Shown: positions 1 to 15,915, numbered from the stretch's first letter. The stretch: 64,000 nt of DNA from the human T2T-CHM13v2.0 reference genome, Homo sapiens (GCF_009914755.1 NC_060934.1); one strand, 5' to 3'. Numbers and translations: made by a program. Notes: generated by a model from the letters alone, not told the origin.

Positions 1-122
1 TTCAAGAGGTACATTAATGGACTACAGGTCAGACGGGAAGACAGTATCTTCATCTCATTTAACTAAGTGCTTTAGTTTTACTTTTTAAAATAGGGAGCAG
101 AGGCAACAGCTTCCATACTCAC

Positions 123-191
123 CTGTAGTGTTCTTTCTAAACCCTGTATATTCAGGCGAAAGCCACTTTTCTGCTGGTTAGATGCAAGGTT
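123..191 (-). CDS. EPC1: EPC1 exon 12 (69 nt, symmetric phase 0, likely cassette), NLASNQQKSGFRLNIQGLERTLQ
   Basis: Acceptor tgtcatag|AACCTT and donor CTACAG|gtgagt; 23 codons, matching the recalled difference between 836- and 813-aa EPC1 isoforms. Confidence 0.9.
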
Positions 192-271
192 CTATGACAA
201 CAGTTGGTAATTAGAGATGAACTCTGGTGGGAAACAATGAGGGATAATCATAAGACAGACAAATCCCTCAC

Positions 272-390
272 CTGTGATGTGTTGGTGGAGGAATTACTAT
301 TTGCTTGCTGTTGCTGAATTTGTGCAAGCTGCTGTTTCTGCATGAGTGCCAGTTGCTGTTGATGTTGCTGGTATTGTTCGGCTGTAAATG
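272..390 (-). CDS. EPC1: EPC1 exon 11 (119 nt), AFTAEQYQQHQQQLALMQKQQLAQIQQQQANSNSSTNTSQ (Q-rich)
   Basis: Acceptor ttatgttcag|CATTTAC completes G|CA from exon 10; donor TCACAG|gtgagg. Confidence 0.95.
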
Positions 391-1030
391 CTGAACATAA
401 AATAAAGAAACACTTTATAAAAATGCCCAGCTGTCATGTATGTCTTACAGTACTAAAACAAAAATTCTGCATTAAATCTGTGCAAAATTGAAGCATCTGA
501 CAAAGGATCATGATCCTGCTAAAGATCACTTCCAAATGAAAATTTCTGCGTTTCTGCTACCACATTTAACAAGAGTGGCATGAATTTAAAGAAAAAAAAA
601 ATTAAACTTCCTGAATTAAACACAGGAAAGAGAACTGCTCACTTCCCAAATTTCAACACCACTATTTTTTTTTTAAGCTGTGACACTTGTTCTACACAGT
701 GTAGAAAGATAATATCAGCTTTTAAAATCCATAGATTTGGAATTCAGCTTTGCACTGAGCTTGAGAGAATATCTGATAATTACATTTGGTTTCTATTTAA
801 TCCATATCTTCCCAAGGCATTCAGATGATCCCTAATGGCTCTGTGTATATATACTAATAGTTCTACATATTTTCTAATTGTAGTCATTAAAAAAATTTGC
901 TCTATATGAAAGATTACAGTTGTTGGTTGGTTTATTGCTTTTTTTTAAAGAACTCATCCTTTAAGTTTAACAGGAAGAAAAGAGGCTCTAATGTTAAGGT
1001 TAATTAATTTTCCCCACCCAATTAACCCAC

Positions 1031-1147
1031 CTGGAAAAAATCCAGTCAATAAGAACGGAGTTGTTTATGTTGATTTACTGTACAGAATGATGTCTGAGGA
1101 AAGACACTGTGTTATGCTACTTATGTTTGTCTATGGAGAGCTCAGTT
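1031..1147 (-). other. EPC1: Candidate poison (PTC) cassette exon in EPC1 intron 10, 117 nt
   Basis: Acceptor tttttttgtttgttttttttag|AACTGAG and donor TTCCAG|gtgggt; reading from exon 10 gives G|AA CTG AGC TCT CCA TAG (ELSSP*). Confidence 0.7.
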
Positions 1148-2460
1148 CTAAAAAAAACAAACAAAAAAATGTTCATTTATTACCCCCCCAAAAAAGTGTG
1201 TGCAGTTTTTAAAAAGGAAACCTTTTTCTCTTTTTTGCCAATTAAAAAAAAAAAAAGCACATACAATCACAATACCTCTGATTTTAAAGGCGTCTTTAAG
1301 AAGCCTGTGATGTTTGAGTAAGAATTATTTTAAAACAAAAAAAGGTTTATCATGCATCCCTGGCTACCAGGGAATCTATAAATCATGCACATTTCCTCAA
1401 TCTAAAGTTTAATGTTTTCAAAATACTGTCACCTAATTTGTTGTTTAACTTCAGTTTGATAATTTAGTTAGAATATCACTTCAAGTTTTATACTTTTCAC
1501 TTATATAACTCATGAAGAATCTTTCTTTATCCTCCAGGATATACTTTCTGCCTGGTACAACTAGAAAATTAGGTTAGGTACAAATTCTGCCATGTTTTGA
1601 ATGGATCAGAAAATTGTGAAATAATATTCAAGAAAACCTAATAAGTTATTAGTATCTACACAGGTTCTTATACTTGAGTTGAACTAAGTTCTTGGGCTAT
1701 AAGGGCAAAAAATGTTGGAAATTGGTTTTCTTATTTTCTGTGTGTGTTAAAATCTGTTTAGTTGATATCTTCCCTTTGATGAGCTCCTTTTCCTACTATG
1801 TTCGTAATTCACAAATCTGCAATCTATAGAAAAGATTTTTATTGATAATAGAATGCTCCCTAAATATTGACATAAAAATAACTGTCAACATGATCATTTC
1901 CATATAAACAGAAATGTGTTATACCAAAACTTGAAGAAAATCTAAAAAAGTCAATGCTGCCCTCAAATAATTTCATAGTTAATATTTCTCATGTTTAAAA
2001 AAAATCCACGAAAATTATTTAAATGTAAGAATCCTTGACTCACTAGATACTTTTGCCAATATATTTGTGAGATTTACAGTTTAATTTCCTAAGTTTGAGT
2101 GTGTTGCCTAAGCCTTGGCTTTTCTAGTAGGGAATGCTCAGTAAATTTAAAAGCAAACAAACCATTTTTGGAAGGTCAGGTCATCACATATATAGAAAAA
2201 CAATAATTTAGCATTCACTGAATGTCTATGTATTAAAGTCCATATATATGAAAGAAAGTATTCTTTTGTAGAACTTTGCTGGCGTGTGTGTTTAATTAAA
2301 CATTTATCAATAGCTAATTAGAAATCAATGTGAATAAAGTCCAAATATTTTTGCCTTATTTAACATCTTAATCCTGAGTCTTTGAAGATCTTGTGAATTT
2401 CACTTCTTAACAACTGTTAACTTCTTCCTAATACAGACTTGGAAATAAAAATGCAATCAA

Positions 2461-3064
<604 letters not shown>

Positions 3065-3336
3065 TCAACATTTTAGATTACTATGTTAGCCTATTTGTTA
3101 GATATTGCTGTCTTCTACAGAGTCTAGTTATGAAATTTTTCCTGGACACTTTTGGCAAATAGTCTAGGAGAAATGCACAGAGCAACCCTTAAGCTGTAAG
3201 TGGTGGTAATAATAACTATGGTCTAGGGGCCAAAAGACCTTGACATTCTTAGTCCTCAGCTCTATCATAATTAGCTGAGTATTCCTGAGAAAGTAAATCT
3301 TTTGGGACTCTGTCTTCATCTAAAATGAGAAAGACA

Positions 3337-3661
<325 letters not shown>

Positions 3662-4675
3662 TTAGGTGATCATTAAGGTCCTCTTCAGCTATGAGATGCT
3701 AAGGTTTTATATTCTTCTGAGAAATAAAGTTCAATTCCTAAAGAAGGTCCCAGTGTGAATGAGTAGAAAAACCTGTACCAAGGTAGTAAATATGGGCAAA
3801 AGAAATCTGAACCTCAGGTCATGATACCATTATAACCTGAAAGTCTAACCAAATGCTAAATGGAAATAAGACAAAAATGACCATGCTCACCCTCTCTAAA
3901 TGTCTATGAATGGATTGAGATATCAAGGTAGAACATTTTTAGGTTGTATGTCTACCTCCTGATATGGTATGAGAATCAAGTTTGTAATTCCCACAAAGGT
4001 GGACAAGATGGTTGTTGTTGACAGATGACCAAACCTACAGTCAGAATCCTTTCACAAAACCAAAAAATTTTGAGGTCAGGAAGGACTCTTAGAGATTGTA
4101 GGATTTCTTCCTACAACCTCATCTAGAGATGAAGAAACTTCTGAGGTCACACATATGTAACAGTGGAAGGAAAAGAGAACCCCAAAGCAATGAGATTTTA
4201 AATTGAAAAATAGACAAAAATTCTTGGATTTAATATTTACAAGAAATCTATCTTCTGAGGTACCAACAATATGAATCAAGTGCTTAAAAAGCCCACACAC
4301 ATAGAGCACCTGACAAACAAGGGTCTACGCAAGGAGAATCCTATGTGTGGGACAGGATTAAAAGCTCCAAATATTTAACCAGGAACGGGATTAGGAAAGG
4401 AAGCATGATAGGACTTCAACTGGGTGAAGGCCATTATGATGCTGAAGGGGGAGCAAACTCACTCGGTATGCTTCCATGAGCAAACCAGGGACTTGCAGGT
4501 TTTAATTTAAGAAGGCAGTTTTTGGTTCAATACATAGACAAACTTTCTAACCAAGATCCTCAAACAACTCAATCTAGAAAGTTGTTGAATTTAGCTTCAC
4601 TAGAAATACTTAGGCAGAAGTAGAAACTACCTTTGTTTTGGTAGCTTCTAAGTAACCAATTTTCTTGGGCAGAAA

Positions 4676-4977
4676 TTTTTTTTTTGAGACAGGGTCTCAC
4701 TCTGTTGCCTAAGCTGGAGTGCAGTGGTGTGATCTGGGCTCACTGCAGCCTTGACCTCCTTGGGCTCAACTGATCCTCCCACCTCAGCCTCCCAAGTAGC
4801 TCTAGCTCGGACTACAGGCGAGCATCACTATGCCTGGCTAATTTTTGTATTTTTTTGTAGAGATGGGTGTTTCACCATGTTGCTCAGGCTGGTCTTGAAC
4901 TCCTTAGGCTCAAGCAATCCACCTGCTTTGGCCTCCCAAAGTGCTGGGATTACAGACATGAGCCACTGCGCCCGGCC
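4676..4977 (-). mobile_element. AluJ
   Basis: gggctcaa/cactgcagcc J-type diagnostics. Confidence 0.85.
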
Positions 4978-5196
4978 TAAGACTCTCTGAGTCCATTTGT
5001 ACTAAAGGGAAGCCATGGTATGGTACACCAGCAGCTGGAACAGCCTATAGTTCAGACTGCTGCTCTGTGCACTGCACTCTTATAGCTAAAGGTGATCAAC
5101 TGAGATGATCAAAGGAGTGCAGCTGAGGGGAAAGTGATGGGTGCTAAGGAAACATTCAGCCGTGAAAGATGGAGTTTAGATTACCAAAATGTACAC

Positions 5197-5725
<529 letters not shown>

Positions 5726-6175
5726 TACTTTGTTTTTAATAACAAAACCAAAAGTAACCCCAAATGCCTAAAGACCCTGAATTAGAAATTTCTTTTAGTA
5801 CACAGGCCAAACATTATTTTAATATAAAACAAAAGGTAAAATGATTCTTCAGGTAGTTATTAAAGTATGATCTCCTAATTAGTGAGATTGAGTTGACAGG
5901 GTTCACGAGCCTTATCAGCCATCTAGAAATCTAATTTGAAAACCAAAGTTTGTTTTAATTCATTTGTTGGCAAACTATGACCAGACCTGACCTCATCTGG
6001 CCGTGAATGACTGAACATGAGATTATTTGCAGTCAAATATTCCTCTTAGTGTGAATATTCTTGCATTTTATTATATGACTATAGAACTATTAATGTATTT
6101 TACTACAGGTGCTACTCCAGACTCTGCTACAGATGTTATATAATAATCCACCTTCTATAGTAAAAAAAATTCTGA

Positions 6176-6479
6176 GGCTGGGCGCAGTGGCTCATGCCTG
6201 TAATCCCAGCGTTTTGGGAGGCTGAGGCAGGCGGATCACAAGGTCAGGAGTTCGAGACTGCCTGGCCAATATGGTGAAACCCCGTCTCTACTAAAAAATA
6301 CAAAAATTAGCCAGGCGTGGTGGCACGCACCTGTAGTCCCAGCTACTCGGGAGGCTGAGGTGGGAGAATCGCTGAACCCGGTAGGCGGAGGTTGCAGTGA
6401 GCCAAGATCGTGCTACTGCACTCCAGCCTGGGCGACAGAGTGAGACTCTGTCTTAAAAAAAAAAAAAAAAGAAAAAAAA
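6176..6479 (+). mobile_element. AluS
   Basis: Full dimer with poly-A tail. Confidence 0.9.
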
Positions 6480-7299
6480 CTTATGAATTTTGGAACACAT
6501 TTGAATAAAGTCAAGGTCCTGCAAATTCACAAAATCTTACAAAATATTCAGTGCTCAAATCTAGAGCTCCTTTTCCACAGTAGGATTAAGATGTTATGTT
6601 GCAAACTAAATTGCACTAAGTTACGGATATTAAGACTTGGAACATATCATTCTAACCATATATCTCTTATTCGTTTATAAAAATAAACCAAATCTTTACT
6701 GCAGATATGAGAGCTTAGAAAAATAATTCAGAATGCTGGTGAAATTTTACTGGAAATTAGGAATTCACATATTGAACATAGAATTGTAGCTTAAAAATCA
6801 CTTTGTTTCCAGTCTTTCTGAATTATATAAGGACTCTTACATAAGAGTCCTTATGCAAATGCATAGTCAGTCACTGAACACTCAACTTCCCAAGGTGCTT
6901 TTGTGAGTATTAAAAAAACAACTGTATTTGGAAACTGTCCAAAATCACCTATTAACTGAAGATTATTAAAAATATACAATTTATCCTTAAGTACTAAAAC
7001 CTAGCCCCCAAAATTCCATATACACATACGGTCTTTCCCAGTTCCTTACCACTGTGTTATCCTGCTGCATGGTATCCAGAGGACCAAGCACTCAACACAC
7101 CTAACTCACACAATACTCAGGTATTAGGAAGCCTGATACCAGACTGCTCAGGCTACACAAATATGCAAAATAGTCAAGAGTGGGAAGGAAAGTAAAAAAG
7201 ATTCTGAGTAGTTGAAAGAGACTATAAAATCAGCATATTAAAGCTCATGCACTTTACTAAAATGTACTTCTATTATCTTCATTTAGAATTTCCTATTTA

Positions 7300-7849
<550 letters not shown>

Positions 7850-7979
7850 CATGACAAACATAAAAACAATGAATAATCAGAAATGGCTATACTATAACTC
7901 GCATATTTGGCTTAAGTAGCAGGAAAGCTTATCAGCTGACTTGTATTTTACAAAATAGTTAACTTCCAAACTCATAAAC

Positions 7980-8450
<471 letters not shown>

Positions 8451-8775
8451 TGACTCTTCTGTTTTAATAAGCCCAACACTGCCAGTTTTTCTGCTGGCAT
8501 CAGACTACATCAGAGTTTCTTTGGTTAAGTGCCAGAGGAAGTAGTCTGGTTTGTATGTGGGGGCCATGCTGTATGAAAATTAAAAATTATCTTTAAAATC
8601 ACAATTACTACTGAATGAGGTAAGATGCTTAACCTATGAATAAAGTGGCAATGCGGGCACTCACGCCGTAAGAGGACCAACACATTCAACTTCCCCTACT
8701 CCAGGCTCACTCTGGAGAATATATTCTTTCAGTAAATTGTATTTAGAATTCTGTATAACATTTGAGCTGCTACAT

Positions 8776-9079
8776 TTTCTCTTTTTTTTTTTTTGAGATG
8801 GAGTCTCACTCTGTCGCCCAGGCTGGAATGCAATGGCACAATCTCGGCTCACTGCAACCTCTGACTCCCAGGTTCAAGCCATTCTCCCTGCCTCAGCTTC
8901 CTGAGTAGCTGGGATTACAGGCGCCTGCCATCATGCCCAGCTAATTTTTGTATTTTTTAGTAGAGACCAGGTTTCGCCATATTAGCCAGGCTAGTGTGGA
9001 ACTCCTGACCTCAGGTGATCTGCCCGCCTCGGCCTCCCAAAGTACTGGGATTACAGGCATGAGCCACCACACTTGGCCT
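8776..9079 (-). mobile_element. AluS
   Basis: Antisense Alu dimer. Confidence 0.9.
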
Positions 9080-9355
9080 AAATTTTGTTTTTTTTTTCTT
9101 CAGGGGCCTGGAGTTGGATTAAGTGAAATGCACTTATGATATGGCTGCATTGTAATATACTTTATAAAGTATGCAGAGAAAAGCTTTAGGTCTCTGGAAT
9201 ATTCACAAATATAAATGAACAGTGTTACCCTACAGTAGTCTGTAGGTATCTATCCTCTAAGTATTAGAAGATCTAGCAAAATTTAAGGAGAAATTGAAAA
9301 TAATTAAGACAACAGGAAAAAAAATAGATAAACTCATTTTTAAAAAGTAGTATTG

Positions 9356-9642
9356 AGGCTGGGTGCAGTGGCTCACCCCTGTAACCCTAGCACTTTGGGA
9401 GGCCAAGGCAGGAGGATCACTTGAGGCCAGGAGTTCAAGACTAGCCTGGGCAACATAGACCCTATCTCTTACAAAAAATTAGCCAGTCATGGTGGCATAC
9501 GCCTGCAGTCCTAGCTACCCAGGAGGCTGAGGTTGGGGGATCACTGAGCCTGGGAAGTTGAGGCTGCAGTGAGCCATGACTGTGCCACTATACTCCAGTC
9601 TGGGTGACAGAGAAAGATCCTGTCTTAAATAAATAAATAAAT
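9356..9642 (+). mobile_element. AluJ
   Basis: gcctgggcaacatag and gaggctgcagtgagccatga J-type diagnostics; (TAAA)n tail. Confidence 0.85.
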
Positions 9643-10233
9643 AGTTGTATCGCATATATGGAGGAAAGAAATGATAAAGAAGAAAAATTACAAGGTTACT
9701 AATGATTTCTTTTCAGCTAAGCTTTTGGTAATGCTCATCTTTTAATGTTCTTTGGGCAAACACAAATCAAACAATTTTTACAACTGTTATTAATATGCCT
9801 AAAGCAGTATAGCAAAACATTTTTCATAAAAAAAGAGCATTATAAAATCCTTAAATATTTAGGATAGTTATACACTTCAACTTCTCTATTTAAGGGGTGG
9901 AGAAGATGGAGATTGATGGAACATGCCTATTTTCTGAGAAGTCTTAAAGAATTTTTACAGCTTAGAAAGCTTAATTATCAGGGTAACCTATGACAGGTTT
10001 ATACTGTTAAAACCTCTATACTAACACTCTATGTAAGTCTTTATTGAAAAGTTCTTTATTTTGATTCTTAAGACTATAAAAGTAGAGAGAAACTGGCTTT
10101 TGGTGATAAAGACAGTAACATTAATGGGATTATAAATAAGCTGTTAGTCCCTAAAATAGCTTTATCTTCCAGCTGATTTCTGAATTGTGATTATTTTTCT
10201 CATGAGCTGAAAGACTTCCATTTCATAGAAGTA

Positions 10234-10966
<733 letters not shown>

Positions 10967-11246
10967 TACTTTTTTTTAACCACCAAGTAAATTAGTTTAC
11001 GGAACATTTTCTGGAGGTCTTTAAGAATCAGAGCAAATGTTCATATTTATGAAGCAACTTAACTATAACCCTACAGGGTGAATTAGGGGAATGATAAATA
11101 TCTTCATAGTCCTCAGATTACCTTTACAAAAATCAGTAGTAACATAATTCAATGGTGAATTTCTACAATATATAGGCTTCAAATAACACAAACTTATGCT
11201 TTAAAACAGACAGCTAAGATTATAGGAATATTTTAAATAAACAGCA

Positions 11247-11252
11247 TTTATT
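11247..11252 (-). promoter_or_regulatory. Candidate intronic polyadenylation signal AATAAA in intron 10
   Basis: Plus-strand tttatt; U/GU-rich sequence follows on the minus strand (tgctgtttattt...ctgtctgtttt); about 440 nt after the read-through stop at 11693. Confidence 0.4.
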
Positions 11253-11805
11253 TTAGACACATTTCAAATAGAAGCCACAATAATCAAATAGATATTATCT
11301 GAAAACGTTTCAAAAATATTAACCCTTTAAATGTTCTTCTCTGAAAAATTAGTTTATCTTTAACAAATTATTCTGAATTATTGTGTCAACATATAAGGTT
11401 ATGCATATATATTCACTTGCTGGTCTCTATGTTAAAGCAAACTAGGTAAAAACTAGAGAAATATCTGAACATAAAATGGTTAACAATTTACGGCCCATTT
11501 TCTTCTCATATTATTGAAAAATATGATAAATCTTGTGGTTCACGGACTATATCCAGGAAACAAATGTCACATATTAAATAGAAATAAACCATCTTTGTAT
11601 GCAGGTATGTTTAAATGAAGACACACACATACAAACTCCTATAGCAACAGGATTCAAATAAATACTTAGACCAAGATTTTTTTTTTAACTGTTTAAGAGA
11701 AAAGGACTTTAAGCCATAAATGTAACAGACCACATAGTCGAACAAATGGGAAATGGTTGGACCTGACATTTCTATAGAAACGTACATCATTAACAGTCAA
11801 CATAC

Positions 11806-12158
11806 CAAAGTGTGCTGAACCACTGCTACTTTTACTTTGCGTAGAGGTACTGCATGTCTGGGTCCCAGGTTGTGCTGTTCCTGTTCGGTTTATACTCCTA
11901 TATAATTTTCTACAGGAGAGTTCATCATTGTCACTGTCATGTAGGGATGGTGTCCGAGGCCTAAAATGCCGCCATCTACATGATTTGATATTGACTAGTA
12001 TCTGACTGAGGTCTTTAGAGAAAGATTTGTCCGAGGTATTTGTTTCTGAGGTATTGGCAAACTGATTGACTGGAGAATGTTGTGGTGAGGAAAGCATTTC
12101 CAAATCCAGATGGTGAAACACACTGTCATAGTCTGAATGAGCTCTGTCCAGTAAGACC
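11806..12158 (-). CDS. EPC1: EPC1 exon 10 (353 nt), VLLDRAHSDYDSVFHHLDLEMLSS...WRHFRPRTPS...SSSGSAHF
   Basis: Acceptor tttaatag|GGTCTT and donor CACTTTG|gtatgt; overlaps ORF 11693..12121; ends in phase 1. Confidence 0.95.
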
Positions 12159-12579
12159 CTATTAAAAAATCAGACAAGAAACAGTTATTTAAAATAGCTA
12201 TTCAAAGATTATATATTAAAGCTTTTTCTTTTTACCCCCAACTGCCAAAAGGCCAACTCATACTGAATATTTAAAAGCTTTAAAGTTGATTATTTTAGTG
12301 TTTGGTTTTTATAGGCTACAACCTCAATTTCTAATAAAAGTTCTTTTAACAAATTGTTTTTCAACTAAAGATTTTCACTTCCATTACAAAGCACCAAAAT
12401 GAATGCTTTATAAAATGTTGCGAACACATTTATTCTATATTTAAGCAAAAACTTCATTCCTTTTGGGGGGAAAGGGAGAAGAGAGAAGAAAAGCAACAAA
12501 AAACATAGTATACCATTAACATTTCTTATAGACAAAATATTTGAGATCCACTACTCTAGAGGATATATTCTTATGTTAT

Positions 12580-12901
<322 letters not shown>

Positions 12902-13801
12902 TAAACATTATAAATGGCTCCAAGTCAAAATAATAACATTGATTAATGTTAGTAATAGAATAAAATATAGCTAACGTAGAGAATTTTCACTGCTCCTGAT
13001 GTCAGCAGTGATGGAAAAAAACGGACTAAATAAAATGTATTTTAGTGCCTAGATAATTCTTAACCAATGTTTAAATAATAAAAAAAAACCCTCTGCAATT
13101 AAGAGTTGAAGATGAAAAAAATATATGTATAAGCCATTAGTTTATCATAAATATACGCTTGGGTTTCTTCCTGAAAAAGCACCTTGATACTATTATTTGC
13201 TTTCCCTTTTAATTTTCCCCGCACATTATACATTAACGTCTCTCCATTCCTTGAGTTTATGTGTTTTGCTATTTGTTTCCTGTCCCCATACAAGCAACTC
13301 GCATAAAGGCATTTAGAGTATGAAGGAAGGAATTCTACAAGGTTTAAACAAAGGAAGAACAATTAGATCCTAACAAACTGGGATGTCAAGATCAGGTTAT
13401 GCATGGATCCTTTTCACTGTCAGGTTAAACCCATTATACTAGCTAGTGTGAAACAACTTTTTTGCAGTTTCTTTAACTTAATACACTGTGTGCAATCAGG
13501 ATTTACACTTGTCTTCATCTGTTGCCCTTTCTCACAATTCTACCCCTTGATAATTTATCTGAGGTTTTCCACCTTGGGGAGAAAAGCAGGTCCACTAGGG
13601 ACCCAATAGAGTTATGTCAAAAACTATGGATGTGTAAGAACCAGGCAGCACAGCAACAAAAATATTTTAGTCAACAGATCAGTTAAGAATAGCAAATAGG
13701 AACTAATGAGTTGTTCAGAGGGATTACCTGACTTTAAAAGTTAGATTCAATCACCCTAATGCCTAAAATATCCTTCTGCTAGGAATACAGAAATACCTTA
13801 C

Positions 13802-13950
13802 CTTCCACCGCGCCCAACCCGTCTTCGTGCAAATCCAATACACCTTTGGGGTACGGTGAGAGTAGTTAAGCAGTATCTATATCGCACATCCCCTAATCCT
13901 CCATCTTTAGGACTAGTCCAAGGCCAGTTGCCAGTTTGGTCTAAGTGAGG
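13802..13950 (-). CDS. EPC1: EPC1 exon 9 (149 nt), PHLDQTGNWPWTSPKDGGLGDVRYRYCLTTLTVPQRCIGFARRRVGRGG(R); EPcB region
   Basis: Acceptor ttttttaag|CCTCAC and donor GGAAG|gtaagg; GFARRRVGRGGR motif. Confidence 0.96.
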
Positions 13951-14033
13951 CTTAAAAAAAAAAATCCAAATTGTTTAATTTTGTCAGTTAAAGGTAAATA
14001 GTTTGTTATTTACAAAGACACTCTGAAACTTAC

Positions 14034-14123
14034 AGCATAGTACTGACAGCCTGCTTTCCTACGGAAAGCAAAAGGACCATCAGGATCATTGTCTTCCTCA
14101 GCTTCCGAAGAGCCAGACAAAAC
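14034..14123 (-). CDS. EPC1: EPC1 exon 8 (90 nt), VLSGSSEAEEDNDPDGPFAFRRKAGCQYYA
   Basis: Acceptor tttaaag|GTTTTG and donor TATGCT|gtaagt; conserved DGPFAFRRK motif. Confidence 0.95.
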
Positions 14124-14205
14124 CTTTAAATGAAATAAAGAAAGTAGGTCAGATACGTGACTTCCTACATCCCTCCTCAATGTTCATAGAGAATTGTATT
14201 TGTAC

Positions 14206-14382
14206 CTGGGAGAGAGGTTCTTCGTCTGAGCTGGGAAAGTCATACTGATTCAGATCTTTAGCATTGAAGACTGGCAGTGCAGCAGGACTCGTCTGTTGGG
14301 GAGTAGCAGCGGCAGACGATGGTAAGACTTTGGGCTTCTTTTCATATTTCCGTTTCGGTCGGATAAGATCGGCTTTATCTTG
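14206..14382 (-). CDS. EPC1: EPC1 exon 7 (177 nt), QDKADLIRPKRKYEKKPKVLPSS...DFPSSDEEPLSQ
   Basis: Acceptor ttgcag|CAAGAT and donor TCCCAG|gtacaa; overlaps ORF 14149..14397; includes a basic NLS-like RPKRKYEKKPK. Confidence 0.95.
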
Positions 14383-15228
14383 CTGCAACAAAGACATGAA
14401 TTAATTATACACCAGAAACCATGTTCAACAAATTTGCAGTTTTGGGGGAAATTTTAAAAAGAAGTTTATTGCTATAATGAGGGCATTCATATTCATAAGA
14501 GACACAACACTCTATGTTTGGCCATCTTATAGTGTAAAGTCTAGAGAAGTTGGCCTCCATGAAAGCATAAATTTGTCCTACAATCTAAACATAATCACAC
14601 AAATGATTCTGTTTCAATTAAAAGGAGAGAACAGAAGTTCTCCAACTTCTGAAGTCTTACAACTGCAATTAGTGTATTTACTGCTGGCTCCTCCCATTTT
14701 CTTAATTTTCTATGAAAATTCTAGAAGAGAATTTTTTTTTAAAGGGGATTGTCTAATCCTTATTCTCAACAAATAATAAATATAGGACAAATAATAATGA
14801 AAATGTCTTCGTATACACAGAAAGCAAACTACAGAAAACTGTTAACATAGTAGAAAACAAAGCCATAATGCTGAGTGAGGGGTTATACAAATAAAGAGTA
14901 GTAAGGATTTGTGGGCTGAACAATGTAAGCTTTCTGAAATGGTGACTTTTGAACAGTTTTAAAGGATAAAGATATGAAATCATTAAATAGGGGAAATGCA
15001 GGATAAAATATACAGGCAACAGTAACTGAGCTGATGGAACACAGCATGTTCGAAACATGTATTGCAGATGATGGCAAAGGTTGGGAGAAGTATGAATTTG
15101 ATATGTAGGCAATAGGTAAGGTAAAGTAGTGGCAAAAATTGTATTTGTTGGAAAGAAAAAGATCACGGCAAATACCACGGTTATGTAAATACGCTAAATA
15201 TTCATGTTACATTTTATGTAGTTTATGA

Positions 15229-15758
<530 letters not shown>

Positions 15759-15915
15759 TAAAGTAACTTTCAAGCATGAGTGGCACATATAGAGGAAAGC
15801 AAATAATAGGATAATTAATCTTAAAATATGATAACTGAAGGATAACACTAAAGTAGTCCACAAAATCATGTAGGGCTCAGAGGGGGGGACCACATTAAAA
15901 TAGTTAAGAGTGGGA

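Noticed and set aside
611-706. Extra splice-like signals near exon 11 (acceptor ttctctttcctgtgtttaattcag at 611, donor GAA|gtgagc at 641-642, 8-bp inverted repeat at 690-706)
   Set aside because: The signals do not pair into a convincing exon, and 8-bp arms are within chance expectation.
1276-1304. Possible 29-nt microexon upstream of the poison-exon candidate (cacag|...CAGAG|gtattg, minus strand)
   Set aside because: The acceptor lacks an adjacent pyrimidine tract and the donor is moderate. It cannot be supported without RNA data.
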